Shown here: positions 54,701 to 64,000 of the stretch, one piece after another
Layout of the letters: each line of letters opens with the position of its first letter
How positions within the stretch are numbered: the stretch's first letter is position 1
Assembly: GCF_004010195.1 (NCBI RefSeq)
Contig: NC_057719.1
Span: forward strand, 45,240,423-45,304,422
DNA: 64,000 nt
Direction of reading: 5' to 3'
Source: Chiloscyllium plagiosum
Taxonomy: Eukaryota
The notes under the pieces: generated by a model
Databases searched by the model: none
What the model was told of the DNA's origin: nothing
What the model saw: only the letters and a program-made list of their open reading frames with translations
Made by a program: the position numbers and the translations under genes

Positions 54701-57700
54701 ATATAAAAGAAAGATATAAATAAAGAAACAAAGAGTAGATCTTCAACACATTTGTCCAACATTCAATTAGATCATGACTACACTTTACATAAACTTGATC
54801 TAAATCATAATAATACTCTTTTAGTTATAGAATCATAGAGTCATACAGCAAAGAAACAGACACTTCGGTCCAACCTGTTCATGTTGACCAAGTTTCCCAA
54901 ACTAAATTAGTCCAATTTGCCTGAGTTTGACCCATATTCCTCTAAACCTTTCCTATTCATGTACCTACCCAAATGTCTTTTAAATGTTGTAACTATACCT
55001 GCATCAATCACTTCCTCTGGATGTTTATTCCACATACGAATCATCCTCTGTGTGAAAAGGTTGCCCCTCAGGTCCCTTTTAAATCTTTCTCCTCTCATTT
55101 TAACATTATGCCCCCTAGTTTTGAACTCACCCATTCTAGGGAAAAGACATGTGTTATTCATTTTATTTACTCCCTCATGATTTTATAAATCTCTATGTTC
55201 TAGTGAAAAAAATTCCAGACTCTCTAGATACTCCTTATAACTCAAACCATACAGTCCCAGCAATATCCTAAGAATTTTTTTCTGAACCCTCTTCAAGTTA
55301 ATAAATATCCTTCTAATACCAGGCTGACCAGAACTGTACACAATACTCCAGAAGTGGCCTCTCCAATGTCCTATACAGCCTCAACATGATGTCCCAATTC
55401 TAGTTAGCAAGGCTGTTGGATTGGTACCTGAAATACAGGATCAAACAAATTAGAGAATGAAATGAATGGCTCACATGGTGGTTTGGAGATCAGGATTTGC
55501 AATTTATGGGACACTGGCACCATTAGCCCAGAAAAAAAGGAGCTGTTCCATTAGGATGGGCTCCATGCATTCCACCAGGACACTAATCCCAGCTTGAATT
55601 GTAGAATGTAGGATGGGGGCTAGTTGGGTGACTTGATATTTAGAAAACTAAAGATGAAAATTGAGACAATAGATTGGTGAAGTGATTTGGCTGAAGTGAA
55701 ACAGAGTAGGAGAGGAACAGAGGGGTGAATTTTCATATGCTCTAATAGGCCAATCCACATACTTTGGTGGCTGGTCTGAAGATCTGACATAGTCTGAATT
55801 ACAACGGATGAAAGAGTCATGTTTGCTGTCAGGAAAGCAAATGCTCACATTGTGTTTGCCGTTGGATATTGAGAGAGTGGAACTCCTTTCTGTTGATGGA
55901 TCAAACTGGCCAATCACTGGATGCCATGGTAATCATGTGGATATAACGTAATGGCATTTAGTGCCAGCAGTGAGAACTACCCTAATGCCTACTGTGAAGA
56001 TATATTGGCATTAAATATGTGTACTGTCCAACTCTGGCAATGGCCAATGAGATGAAGTGTACAGCTATTTTTTGACATGCCACCAAGGTCCACAGCTGAT
56101 CCTTGGAAAACAACCACCTCTTACATTGGTTAATCAATACAAAGCAGAGGTGAGAGATAAACATGGCACTTCCAAGGTGACAAACTACAACTAGTAGTTT
56201 GCTGCAAGGAAGGATACTGAGTCCTCCACTATTTACAAACTATATTATTGGTTCAGATTGAGAGACTGAAAGTACAGCATCTATGTTTGATGATGATACA
56301 AAGCTAGATGGGATTATAAGCTGTGGGGAGACAAAGTGACTGCAAAGGAATAGAATGTGGGATTTTCAATTGCCCATAGGCGTTAGAAGAGGAGCAGGAG
56401 GGTCCCAAATCCTCCAATAACCCTTCAAATTTCGAATTTGAGGATAGAGGTAAATGATGAAGCCATTCACCTGTAAGTAGTATCCTGTTAGCCTCCTTGT
56501 TAATGAACCAGGCACGGCAAGATGATGACTTTCAATTTGTAATTTGCTAAACCTGAACAGTTAGCTGGATATTCAGCCAAGATGCCAGATTCAATGCAGG
56601 CAGGAATTAATTCATGGTTTTATAAAGCAAGATTTGAGCACATAGGGGACCATGCTCTGGATTCTGTTCATTATCTTTAACTTGAAAGTTTGGCCACTAT
56701 TGTGCACTGAAACAGGCAGCACGGTGGCTGTGGTTAGCACTGCTGCCTCACAGCACCAGGGACCTGGGTTCAATTCCAGCCTTGGGTGACTGTCTGTGTG
56801 GAGTTTGCATATTCTCCCAGCGTCTGTTTGGGTTTCCTCTGGGTGCTCCAGTTTCCTCCCACAGTCCAAAGATATGCAGGTTAGGTGAATTGGCCATGCT
56901 AAATTGCCCATAATGTTCAGGGATGTGTAGATGAGATGCATTAGTTGGGGGTAAATGTAGAGCAATAGGGTAGGAGAATGGATCTGAGTGGGTTACTCTT
57001 CGGAGAGTCAGTGTGGACTTGTTAGGCCAAATGGCCTGTTTCCACACTGTAGGCATTCTATGATTCTATGAAATATTGCTGGCCCTCCTTGATGTTGCCA
57101 TCTCTATTGTTCCCATCATTGCTCCGATCTATCTGCTTTTACTGCTCATGCATTACAGATAGCTCTCACGTCCTAGCAATGTGCCACATCCAATTACAGC
57201 ACTTATATTTGAAGGTTGATTTGCATAAAGGATGTAGATCCAGCATGGGTTTATGAACCAGAAATGTTGGCTTTTGGGTTCCTGACCAAAATTATAAAGT
57301 AAGCCAGATGGATAATAATATAATATGTAGAGTTTAACATGGGAAGTGTGAAGTTTAGTATTATGAGCAGCAAAGCAAAACATTTTTGTAAAAGGCATTG
57401 AATTTGCAAATGTTGATGTTCAGAGTGACTTTAGTTTATCCATACAAAGAAAACAGAAAGGTAACATAAAGGTATAGCAAACAATCAGAAAGGCAAACAT
57501 TCATGTTCACTTTTATTTCAAAGGACTTGAAGTTCAAAAATAAGAAAGTCTGGCAACATTGTATAAACCACTGCAGGAGTACTGGAACTGTTTTGGTCTC
57601 CATATTTAAAGGAATAATTTTATACAGTATTCGCTTTGGAGCCAGTATAGCGAAGATTTGCTTCTGGCGTGAGATGGTTTTCCTATGATGAGATGATTAA

Positions 57701-59814
57701 TAAATTGGGCCTATATTCTCTGAAGTTTAGGAGAATGAGAGGTAAAATTTAGAAAATTTTGAAAGGGCTTAGCTGGGTACACAGTGAAAAATTGTTTCCC
57801 CTGGCTGGGGAGTCTAGAAGTTGGAGGCATGACCTCAGGATACGGCACAGCAATGAAGAAAATCTTCTTCACTGAAAGGGTTGTGGATTTTTGGAACTTG
57901 TCAGAAGTCAGATAGAAGTGTATGCTCCATCGTTGATTATTGTAAGGCTGTGATAGACTGTGTTTTGCTTTCTCAGGGAATTAACGAGTATGAAGAGCAG
58001 GCAGAAGATCTCACATGGTTGTAACGAATGATGCAGCGGGTTCGAGAGGTAGCTTGGTTCACTCCTATCACTTGTTCTTACATTGCCCATACCTTGGCAA
58101 CAACCTCCCTTAAAAAGGCCATCACTGATTAGGAGATTCACTGATTAAATCCAGCTTTCTACAAACTTCAGCAGTAAGTTTGACAACAAAGACCTCTGCA
58201 AGTCAACAAAAGTCTGAATGTACCCAGTTATCATCACTGCATTTCTGTACTGCTGTGAGACCTGAGCTGTGGATCAATGATATGACAGCTCTCAAAAACT
58301 TTAACCAGAAACGCCTCCTTTAGATTCAATGGGAAGACCATCAAACACAAGGTACTTCCTTCTTGAAGACAGCTCCACAACCATTCAGTCAAAGCACTTG
58401 CAATATCAACAATGATGTACTACACACAAGGCCCAAATGGTCAATGAGCATTTCCTGTGCCAGGTCCCGTTTTCTTAAATCTGGTGAGGCCAGTGTACCC
58501 AGGGAAGAGGATGAAAATACTCATAAGCTCTCCTTGAAGCATTATAGCATTGACATTAATGATCAGGAGAAACTTATGATGAATTATTCAAAAAGATAAA
58601 TACTTGCTCACTAAGCTGCATCATGGCTTAAGTCTCATTGTCTTAATGATGGGACAGAATGGCAGCAGAGAAAGAAAGAAATGGAAGCAAATACTGCATG
58701 CCAGATCCCAAAGCCACATGGAGTACATACCTGAAAATATATGGATCAGCCTGTTCCCCACAGCTGAAATTCATGACCCTAGGTAGTTATCATGCTCTTT
58801 TCCCCCTCCAACTCCATTTTGATTTATTCCCTTCCTGCACTCCCTATACCCCTCCTCACCTTGAATGGTTTGCTTTGCCCAGAATGGACTTTGTGGCAAA
58901 TACTCCATTGGATACAATGAGTGTTTTTATTAGTTTGCAAAAAGGGGAAAATCTGTCAGTGATTTTGGTGGGGAGACGGCTCTAAGTTGTTTGTGATACC
59001 ACTTCTGGGTACAGAAAAGAAAAAGAAAAAATATCATCTTCTATTATGGGATGGCTAATGACAATGAGTGTCTATGTTTAAGGATGCTACAGGATTGTAA
59101 TTTAGTTATTGATTTGGTTTTTCTTGGTAACTTTGTTTGTCTCTACTATTATTGGTGTGTTTTATGGGGGTAATATGATGTAGTGATTAAAAAAATTCTA
59201 ATTGCCCTATGATTTTTGTTCCAGGTTGCTCATAGATTGCAATATCTGAGTGGTTAATTTGCAATCCTGGAGAATTAACAATAGCAAGTGAGAAAGGAAA
59301 CTCCTTCCATTCTAATCTCTGCAGTAGTGTTAATTTTAAACCTGAAACTCTAAATCAGATCATGAACTCCATGTCTGTTCAGGAGTTAAACACTCCTTTA
59401 GTTTTACATAACCACTATTTAACTGCAGTTTAACAGGATTTGTCTTGTCTTGTTTTGCATAAACCCACTTTTCAATCCAAGCAAACTTAAAATGAATTTG
59501 TCTATTAGTGTGTTTTATCAGAAACATTCAATTCTTTTGCAGTACCATAATGCTTAAGGGTTTTTGGATAAAGATGCACATTTAAAATACAAATATCACT
59601 TCATTAATTTATTGTTTACTACTTACCAAGCAAAATCACAAAAAATATACTTACTCACTTAAAGGTATTTAAAAATACTTACAAACACATGTGTTTCCAT
59701 TCTCTAGAATTTTATAGCCATGCTGGCAGTCACACCCATAGGATCCAGCCACATTGACGCAAACAGTATGTTCTCCACACTCGTGGGTGCTAATATCAGC
59801 ACACTCATCAATAT
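530..59814 (-). CDS. NID2: Nidogen-like (NID2-like) gene, partial and spliced: cbEGF, EGF, then 16 thyroglobulin type-1 exons; continues beyond both window edges
   Basis: 18 open exons with AG/GT boundaries, all phase 1-1, that splice in frame. The EGF-EGF-TY order and peptides such as [26 protein letters not shown] and [19 protein letters not shown] match the nidogen rod as I recall it. NID2 versus another nidogen paralogue is not certain. Confidence 0.7.
1966..2205 (-). CDS. TY exon 15 (240 nt)
   Basis: [46 protein letters not shown]...; AG/GTCAGT boundaries. Confidence 0.93.
2918..3157 (-). CDS. TY exon 14 (240 nt)
   Basis: [46 protein letters not shown]...; AG/GTCAGT boundaries. Confidence 0.93.
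4238..4305. repeat. (GA)n-rich microsatellite (a similar tract lies at about 2365-2400)
   Basis: Direct inspection. Confidence 0.8.
5073..5105 (-). ncRNA. Minimal hammerhead ribozyme-like core (second PLE family)
   Basis: CUGAAGA-U-GUUACC-UAAUAG-GGUGAC-GAAAC-AUC; stem II pairs. Confidence 0.55.
5352..6216. repeat. 865-bp near-perfect palindrome (arms 5352-5776 and 5792-6216, 15-nt spacer)
   Basis: Arms are reverse complements; I saw 2 mismatches, both near the centre. Mirror ORFs 5284..5658(+) and 5910..6176(-) give the same CR1 ORF2 peptide. Confidence 0.95.
6218..6550 (-). mobile_element. Penelope-like reverse transcriptase fragment
   Basis: [24 protein letters not shown] matches the PLE RT N-terminal motif (YxLPKIHK...RPIVS). 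Confidence 0.85.
7446..7541 (-). mobile_element. Older PLE-type 3' end remnant (related copies near 4090-4170, 4480-4590, 35845-35980 and 36830-36930)
   Basis: Shared ctggaaaagctcagcaagt...gcatctgt...agagaaatca.agttaatgtttc motif with a decayed hammerhead core. Confidence 0.5.
8341..8586 (-). CDS. TY exon 13 (246 nt)
   Basis: [37 protein letters not shown]...CWCVDERG...; AG/GTCAGT boundaries. Confidence 0.93.
9307..9402 (-). mobile_element. Penelope-like element 3' tail (part of the U6 chimera); whole insertion 9307-9484 flanked by the 8-bp TSD ATGTGTAG
   Basis: Same gattctcctgctcc...ttttccagcaccacac tail as the other PLE copies. TSD copies at 9299-9306 and 9485-9492. Confidence 0.8.
9403..9484 (-). 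pseudogene. RNU6: 5'-truncated U6 snRNA retropseudogene fused to a PLE 3' end
   Basis: 75/82 identical to the vertebrate U6 3' portion as recalled, including the ACAGAGA box and the terminal CCATATTTTT. Lacks about the first 25 nt. Confidence 0.93.
9530..12000 (-). mobile_element. Cluster of decayed CR1-like LINE fragments
   Basis: TPLFKKEGR...LTS.I.KMLESI and QGSVLEPQL peptides in the ORF track. Boundaries are approximate. Confidence 0.7.
12909..13154 (-). CDS. TY exon 12 (246 nt)
   Basis: [37 protein letters not shown]...CWCVDGRG...; AG/GTCAGT boundaries. Confidence 0.93.
14629..14923 (+). mobile_element. HE1-like tRNA-derived SINE
   Basis: Pol III A box GTGGCTCAGTGG, B box GGTTCGATTCC, LINE-like tail gggcctgttccacactgta. 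Confidence 0.85.
14940..15335 (+). mobile_element. PLE-derived 3' region fragment carrying the hammerhead motif
   Basis: Hammerhead core followed by AATAAA. Boundaries are approximate. Confidence 0.5.
15211..15248 (+). ncRNA. Minimal type I hammerhead ribozyme motif in a PLE-derived repeat
   Basis: UAC-CUGAUGA-A-GGAGC-AGC-GCUCC-GAAAGC-UA/GUA: intact core, 5-bp stem II, palindromic AGCU stem III, short stem I. Confidence 0.7.
15540..16800 (+). mobile_element. CR1-like LINE 3' part (interrupted by a SINE)
   Basis: YINDL...KFTDNT-like RT region through to the gatcagccatgat...gaatggcctactcct tail. Confidence 0.8.
16375..16652 (+). mobile_element. HE1-like SINE inserted in a CR1 3' end
   Basis: Same head, body and tail as the copy at 14629. 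Confidence 0.85.
17845..18090 (-). CDS. TY exon 11 (246 nt)
   Basis: [37 protein letters not shown]...CWCVDERG...; AG/GTCAGT boundaries. Confidence 0.93.
19198..19443 (-). CDS. TY exon 10 (246 nt)
   Basis: [37 protein letters not shown]...CWCVDEMG...; AG/GTCAGT boundaries. Confidence 0.93.
19940..22100 (-). mobile_element. CR1/HER1-like LINE, internally deleted (endonuclease, RT start and 3' end)
   Basis: MGGDFSFP...[14 protein letters not shown]...SDHN (APE endonuclease) and [24 protein letters not shown]...DSQHGF (CR1 RT), with frameshifts. Confidence 0.9.
22480..23410 (+). mobile_element. CR1-like LINE 3' part
   Basis: [14 protein letters not shown]...E.YKIL peptide plus a CR1-like tail. 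Confidence 0.8.
23522..23830 (-). mobile_element. HE1-like SINE
   Basis: Reverse complement of the same SINE. Confidence 0.85.
23990..24530 (+). mobile_element. CR1-like LINE 3' end, relatively young
   Basis: ORF 24012..24413 [21 protein letters not shown]...LGLFSLE is the CR1 ORF2 C-terminus. Confidence 0.9.
24910..25360 (-). mobile_element. CR1/HER1-like LINE 3' end
   Basis: [15 protein letters not shown]...GDLIEVYK peptide. Confidence 0.85.
25707..25790 (+). mobile_element. Short PLE 3' end insertion with a 15-bp TSD
   Basis: TSD CTGGAAGCCATAATG at 25692-25706 and 25791-25805. Confidence 0.8.
26340..27185. repeat. GC-rich minisatellite, 30-31-bp unit (gggctcatgggcacacccacgtgctccgtca), about 27 copies, with a 183-bp higher-order repeat
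   Basis: gcacaccc recurs at 26582, 26613, 26644 and 26675. The variant cacccaggtg recurs at 26678, 26861 and 27044. Confidence 0.95.
28694..28939 (-). CDS. TY exon 9 (246 nt)
   Basis: [37 protein letters not shown]...CWCVDERG...; AG/GTCAGT boundaries. Confidence 0.93.
30007..30252 (-). CDS. TY exon 8 (246 nt, CWCVYENG subtype)
   Basis: [37 protein letters not shown]...CWCVYENG...; tandem TAG-CAG acceptor, GTCAGT donor. Confidence 0.92.
31369..31457 (-). mobile_element. Short PLE 3' end insertion with a 14-bp TSD, inside a CR1 remnant
   Basis: TSD AGATTGGAGAAGCT at 31355-31368 and 31458-31471. Confidence 0.85.
31421..31457 (-). ncRNA. Intact minimal hammerhead motif, sense to the nidogen pre-mRNA
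   Basis: CUGAAGA-A-GGGC-UUAU-GCCC-GAAAC-GUC/GAUUCUC, with palindromic ACGU stem III. Confidence 0.65.
32566..32811 (-). CDS. TY exon 7 (246 nt, CWCVYENG subtype)
   Basis: [37 protein letters not shown]...CWCVYENG...RPRCGLP; AG/GTCAGT boundaries. Confidence 0.93.
33050..34100 (-). mobile_element. CR1-like LINE 3' part with a nested + strand CR1 tail (about 33690-33825)
   Basis: KTRGHKLK...RRDLRKN.FTQ.VV..WN peptide; the nested tail ends in (gtcttatg)n. Confidence 0.75.
34330..34800 (+). mobile_element. CR1/HER1-like LINE 3' end
   Basis: [41 protein letters not shown] peptide. Confidence 0.9.
37039..37278 (-). CDS. TY exon 6 (240 nt, CWCVYENG subtype)
   Basis: [35 protein letters not shown]...[17 protein letters not shown]...PPRCGVP; donor GTTAGT. 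Confidence 0.92.
37710..37949 (-). CDS. TY exon 5 (240 nt, CWCVYENG subtype)
   Basis: [35 protein letters not shown]...[17 protein letters not shown]...; AG/GTCAGT boundaries. Confidence 0.93.
38773..39018 (-). CDS. TY exon 4 (246 nt)
   Basis: [37 protein letters not shown]...CWCVDERG...; AG/GTCAGT boundaries. Confidence 0.93.
40119..40349 (-). CDS. TY exon 3 (231 nt, 5-codon in-frame deletion in the first loop)
   Basis: [57 protein letters not shown]...; AG/GTCAGT boundaries. Confidence 0.92.
41130..41300 (+). mobile_element. Possible Harbinger-type Myb/SANT-like remnant
   Basis: [14 protein letters not shown]...[13 protein letters not shown] resembles Myb/SANT-like domains; it contains a stop codon. 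Confidence 0.35.
41330..43560 (+). mobile_element. Decayed CR1-like LINE fragments (about 41330-42085 and 42950-43560)
   Basis: [14 protein letters not shown]-like RT DNA and a CR1 tail; heavily mutated. Confidence 0.65.
43889..44134 (-). CDS. TY exon 2 (246 nt, CWCVYENG subtype)
   Basis: [63 protein letters not shown]...; gattAG acceptor, GTCAGT donor. Confidence 0.93.
45486..45731 (-). CDS. TY exon 1 (246 nt, most divergent): [82 protein letters not shown]
   Basis: Acceptor tttttcAG, donor GTCAGT, six Cys with QC and CWCV motifs (TY type 1A). Confidence 0.93.
46680..47490 (+). mobile_element. Decayed CR1-like LINE 3' part (hosts the PLE fold-back)
   Basis: cagctggagtactgtgtgcagttctggtc ([10 protein letters not shown]) motif. 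Confidence 0.75.
47067..47228. mobile_element. Fold-back PLE 3' ends inserted in a CR1 remnant
   Basis: Inverted copies of the ctggaaaagcacagc...gagaatcgacgttt tail meet at ctgatgaa. Confidence 0.7.
48352..48574. mobile_element. Fold-back PLE 3' ends with a 16-bp TSD (1 mismatch)
   Basis: TSD CTGCACT(T/A)CAAATTAA at 48336-48351 and 48575-48590; axis cttcatca-ggaa-tgatgaag. Confidence 0.8.
48773..48901 (-). CDS. EGF-like exon (129 nt): [42 protein letters not shown]
   Basis: Acceptor ttcttgcAG, donor GTAGGA, six Cys in EGF spacing. Lies inside ORF 48714..48950. Resembles the last rod EGF of nidogens. Confidence 0.93.
49159..49381. mobile_element. Fold-back PLE 3' ends with a 15-bp TSD
   Basis: TSD GACTCACACTTCACT at 49144-49158 and 49382-49396; axis tcaggaat-g-attcctga. 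Confidence 0.8.
51508..51755 (+). mobile_element. HE1-like SINE (internal deletion)
   Basis: A and B boxes plus the shared tail. Confidence 0.8.
52730..53027 (+). mobile_element. HE1-like SINE (diverged)
   Basis: ttagcactgctgcctcacagcaccagg head and the shared tail. Confidence 0.75.
54830..55400 (-). mobile_element. CR1/HER1-like LINE 3' end
   Basis: [31 protein letters not shown] peptide. Confidence 0.9.
55990..58080 (+). mobile_element. Decayed CR1-like LINE fragments (interrupted by a SINE)
   Basis: DDDTKL-like RT motif near 56290 and C-terminal DNA at 57250-58080. Confidence 0.6.
56714..57070 (+). mobile_element. HE1-like SINE
   Basis: Full head, body and tail ending in attctatg repeats. 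Confidence 0.85.
58200..58620 (+). mobile_element. Ancient RTE-clade LINE C-terminal remnant
   Basis: Broken peptides [16 protein letters not shown] and [17 protein letters not shown] resemble the RTE C-terminus. Confidence 0.45.
59683..59814 (-). CDS. Calcium-binding EGF exon (132 nt): (D)[43 protein letters not shown]
   Basis: Acceptor tttcctcAG, donor GTAAGT, six Cys, cbEGF consensus DIDEC...CxNxxGSYxC. Not in the ORF track because it is too short. Confidence 0.92.
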
Positions 59815-62800
59815 CTGAGGAAAATGAAAATCTTGTCCTATTAATTACATAAATATATTAATGAATAAATCCTTCTAGAATGAGAATGTTTTTGAATTAG
59901 CATTGAACTAATTAAAATTTTGAAGCTGTTTTATTTCAGGCATCCCATGTAGAGTTTAAATAATGTTTAAACTCTACATGGTGGACATTTATACATTTCT
60001 CAAGGAATCAATGAATGGTTTAATCACCACTTCTGATGAATGGGCTATAAATACAGCTGTACAGTGAACAGCGTTTAGGATGCTCAGGCACGTCTGTCTA
60101 GGCAGTTTAGCTAGTACAGCAGCAGCTGTTTAAGTGGGGCTTTATCAAAGGTTTGCCTGATACAGCACATCATAATGACTTTCCAAATTCATTTGGGACA
60201 CTAATACCTCAAAAATGTTAAGACAGCTGTCAGACAGAACCTTCCCCTGCTGAGATCCTGTCAGCTATCATTTATTTTCTGTATTTATCCAGAATCATTT
60301 CGTTAACTTCTTTGAAAAAAGTCACTTGTCTTACTTGTAAACCAAATGAGATAACCATACAACAGAGTTACAATTGTGTTTGTACTGTGGAGGGGTAGAA
60401 GCTAATCTAAAATACATGTGAATCAGATAACGACCAGCTATAGAAATGGCAACATGTGTAAAGTTGATCATTTTGGAGAATTGGCCAGATAATAAAAAAC
60501 AAGTTGTTTTTGTTCCTGCTGTTGGAGCTCTGTGCTAAATTGTGCAATCTGGCAATCAGTTACATCAGGAATGCAGCAGCTAGCTACATGCTGACGGATT
60601 CCAATTAAGTCTTCAACTGGAAGGTGCTAATGGCAGACAGATTCAGTGAAATTTTCATTTGGAGAATCTTCAGTACCTTAAACATTTGTCTTCAGCTTCT
60701 TGTATTTTGTACAAAAGTACAGGATAACTTGGTGTTCTATCCAAGTATACATTAGAATCATAGCATTCGCAAAAGCCATGTAGCCGTTCAACATAATGTC
60801 TTACTATAGCTGAAGAGGAATAATAAGTTGCCTGGTTTTCCAAAAATAGCAATGCTACCCAAATGAAGGGAGATGATTGAAACTTATATAGATCAATCAA
60901 ACCACAGTTCCCTCTTAGTGCTTCTACAGTGGAAGTAGGGTGGAGCAAATCCTTTTCAAGTGATATATCAAGTTTTACTGATAACTTTTTGTTCTTTGCA
61001 GGTGGGCCTCAGCATTGTAGGGAGACTAAAGAATGAGGATGATTTTTGTTCTGCGTTTTGAGTGGGAATGAGACAGTAAGTATGAGTAAAATACCAGGCC
61101 AGTACTTACGCCCCCATTCTTCTGTTGATCTAAATTGAACCAGTCCTTGAAATGGGCCTGTTCCAGAAAGGCATCTCATAATTTAGGAATGGAATCTTGG
61201 AATGTTACAGAATAGATGGTTGCTAATGGGCCAATTATGTCTTGCTGTTTTCTGCACGGGCAACTTATCTGGTTCTACTCCCCAGTCTATCTCCTGTAGT
61301 CCTGTATAGACAGAACTCTGGTAACAGAGTTTGTATTTTGCTGATATTACTCAAATGAGTCATCCATTGTAGAAGCCTAACACAAGGAGTATGTTAATAG
61401 AATCGTGCATACTAGCTATCGTGGGATTAGAATACAGGCACTGTTTCTAAAGGCTTTTAGAATCGGATGGATACTGATCTGATAGTTACTATTACAGCTG
61501 TCACCACCAGTGGACACACAAATCCTCGACCAAGTAGGATGATAACACTGCTCACTTCCGGGAGAACAGCCCAGCCCAAGCACTTTACCTATCCCTCACA
61601 ATTCAATGCAAGTCACACTTAAAATAAGAATGGGGGTCCAGATACAAGCAGCAACGAATCAGCAAACAGTAGACTCTTTCCAGGGCCAGAATGCTGTGTG
61701 AGAAGGGCCATCTCTGCCACATTAGATTGTCAAGGAAAGGGAATTGTTTCTTTACTCCAAATATAGCTGCTGAGCATGTATGAAAGGAGCGAGATCATAC
61801 TAATGTGACATCTCATGGAACTTGAACCTGTGTCTGTGAGGTTCCAGATAAGATGAACTCTCTTACTGTCTTCTGTAAGTACTATGTTTAATAAAGTTTA
61901 CACACAAGAGCAGAGATCTCACTTTACTAGATGGCGAGGAGACCGAACTAGAGACTGTGGTAAAACACTGAAGTTAAGCCCATAAGTATTATCACGTCAA
62001 AGAAAAAGCATTTAGGACAGCCCTAAGGTCTGAACCTGATCAAGGAGGTGGAGCTGTGAGCATCACTGAAATGAAGGTCAGTGGTGGCGGGAGTTCAGTG
62101 AGTGATGCTTTTTAAGGCTTATCTAGGCACTGAACCATGGAATGGGAATGCGCACACAGGAGAAGACCCATGCAGAGTATGCAGTAAGCAACAAGGTGAA
62201 ATCTGTCATCCATAGTGAGGGAAATATTACAGAAATTTAAAGGGAAAAAGGATGCAATCCATGCCATAAAAGATTCCATCGCTCAGAACCTGTCTCACGG
62301 AGGGTTTTGAGTGCAAAGTGGGAGACTAGGACAGCTTTGGCAGCACAGAAAATTAAAATCACGCAGCAAGGACTGCAGACTGGAGAATGAATACTTCCTG
62401 GGAGATGTGACAAGATTACAGTAAGAATTTGACTCTCCTGACAATGCAGATCCACAAGATGAATGCTGCTATGTAAAAATGCAGGTAATTGGCAGAAAAC
62501 TAGTTATAAATTGGATATACCAGAGCGGATGTATCGATTATAGAGATTACAGAGATCTTACAAGTAATTTGTAAATATTGTGATTCTTTATAAAGCAGAG
62601 CTGCTTGTATAGCTTTAAAATTCTTAAGTTGGCCAGCAGTGAAGATGTGGAGTTCTACTCAGTGCCCTATGGATCTTTAGCCTGCTGTGGACAGCCTTTG
62701 CAGTGAGACTGTGATGTGTCTTTTTAACTTTGTTTCTTGTTTTCTGATCTATGGTTATGTTGTCTAGAGCTGAAATGTAACTTTTCTTCTTCATTTCTCT

Positions 62801-64000
62801 ATTCTGTAATTAACGATTGTACCTTGGTACCTTTGTACCTAAGATGGCGCTGTAAGTAGAGATTTATAAACTTTTCACCGTACTGATTTGAGTACATGTG
62901 ACAATAAAGCCAATATATTCAGTCATCCATTCTCTCCACTGCAAAAACATGCCTGCCCAAGCATTGCAAGACAGTGGAGCAGAATCTCCATTTTTCTCAA
63001 AACAGCAGGGGAAAATTGCAGGACAGGAGGCACCAAAGGCAGTAGAAACCAGTCACCAGAGGGAATTCTGGACAATTGGTTTGTTTTTTCATCATACAGT
63101 CACAGAGAAAGAAGCCACTATTCAAGTTATTCATTTACTGGAGTCTGAGACTTTCGATCTTCCTATACTATTGAATGCAAATGACATTGTTCCTAAAACC
63201 CAGCTGTCTCTTTTGAGGAGAATAAATTCTTTCTTGAAGAAGAGAAAGAAGAAGTAAGATGTCTACTGATTAAACAAACTTGGCGAGAAGATGCAGCAAC
63301 AGCAACTGAAGCCACAGTTAGAAGAAAAGGTTCCTTTCAGAGGAGTTAGCCAGACCACTGCTACAAGGAATTGACCTTGTACTAGTTCAACCACTAAATA
63401 ATTAAATGAAGTTTCAAAAGTTCCGATAGCCAGTAAAGTCACCATGGAATCTGTGACACCTAGGATTATGGAGTTAGAGACAAATCATACAAGAAAGAAG
63501 TCTCAGAGCTTCAAAACAAATTCAGAGCCATTCATGCTTCAGGCAGCTGGTGGCAGGGGGCGTTTTACCATACCCGCACAAGCAGTAGCCAATTATATGC
63601 AACACAATCCTTGCAAAATGTATAGAGAACATCAATGAATGAACCAAAAATGGCCCTTCAAGAAGAAGCACAACCCCAGTTGCTATTAAAACATGATCCA
63701 TAGGGAAAAAAAAATCTTTAAGTCCAAAGTGAATCAATGTGCAGAAATTGTTGGTGTGTATAGACTGCAGCAAAAGGCTGCAATAGAAACCATCAGCAAA
63801 CCACAGAAACGCTATAGAGTTTCTTACAGCCAAAACCTACAAGACCAAACTACCAAAGTCCCAAGGACACAGAATATTTTGATAAAGCTTAAAGTCGAGC
63901 ATCAGAATGAACTTGAACAGGCCAGAACTCAACAAGAATTGGCTGTCAAACTGCCTTAGTTAGACTAGCAGGCTAAAAGCCCAGCTGTTAGAAACTTGCA

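Noticed and set aside
62888..64000. Plus-strand ORFs near the right edge (possible LTR gag remnant or gene)
   Set aside because: No recognisable domain or splice structure, so I cannot support a call.

Overview
Vertebrate genomic DNA, most likely a shark, inferred from HE1-like tRNA SINEs and abundant CR1/HER1-like LINE and Penelope-like (PLE) fragments. The window lies inside one minus-strand, nidogen-like (closest to NID2 by eye) gene. In transcript order it holds a calcium-binding EGF exon (59683-59814), a second EGF exon (48773-48901) and then 16 intact, symmetric phase-1 thyroglobulin type-1 (TY) exons from 45731 down to 530 (3891 nt, about 1297 aa). Human NID1 has 1 TY domain and NID2 has 2. 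Neither gene end is in the window. The introns are mostly retroelement debris. Points of note: (i) a TSD-flanked U6 snRNA/PLE chimera joined exactly at the predicted hammerhead-ribozyme cleavage site; (ii) a TSD-flanked 1.7-kb composite insertion containing an 865-bp near-perfect palindrome; (iii) five PLE ends that fold back at the ribozyme boundary; (iv) a 31-bp minisatellite with a 183-bp higher-order repeat. All calls are by eye and no database searches were run.
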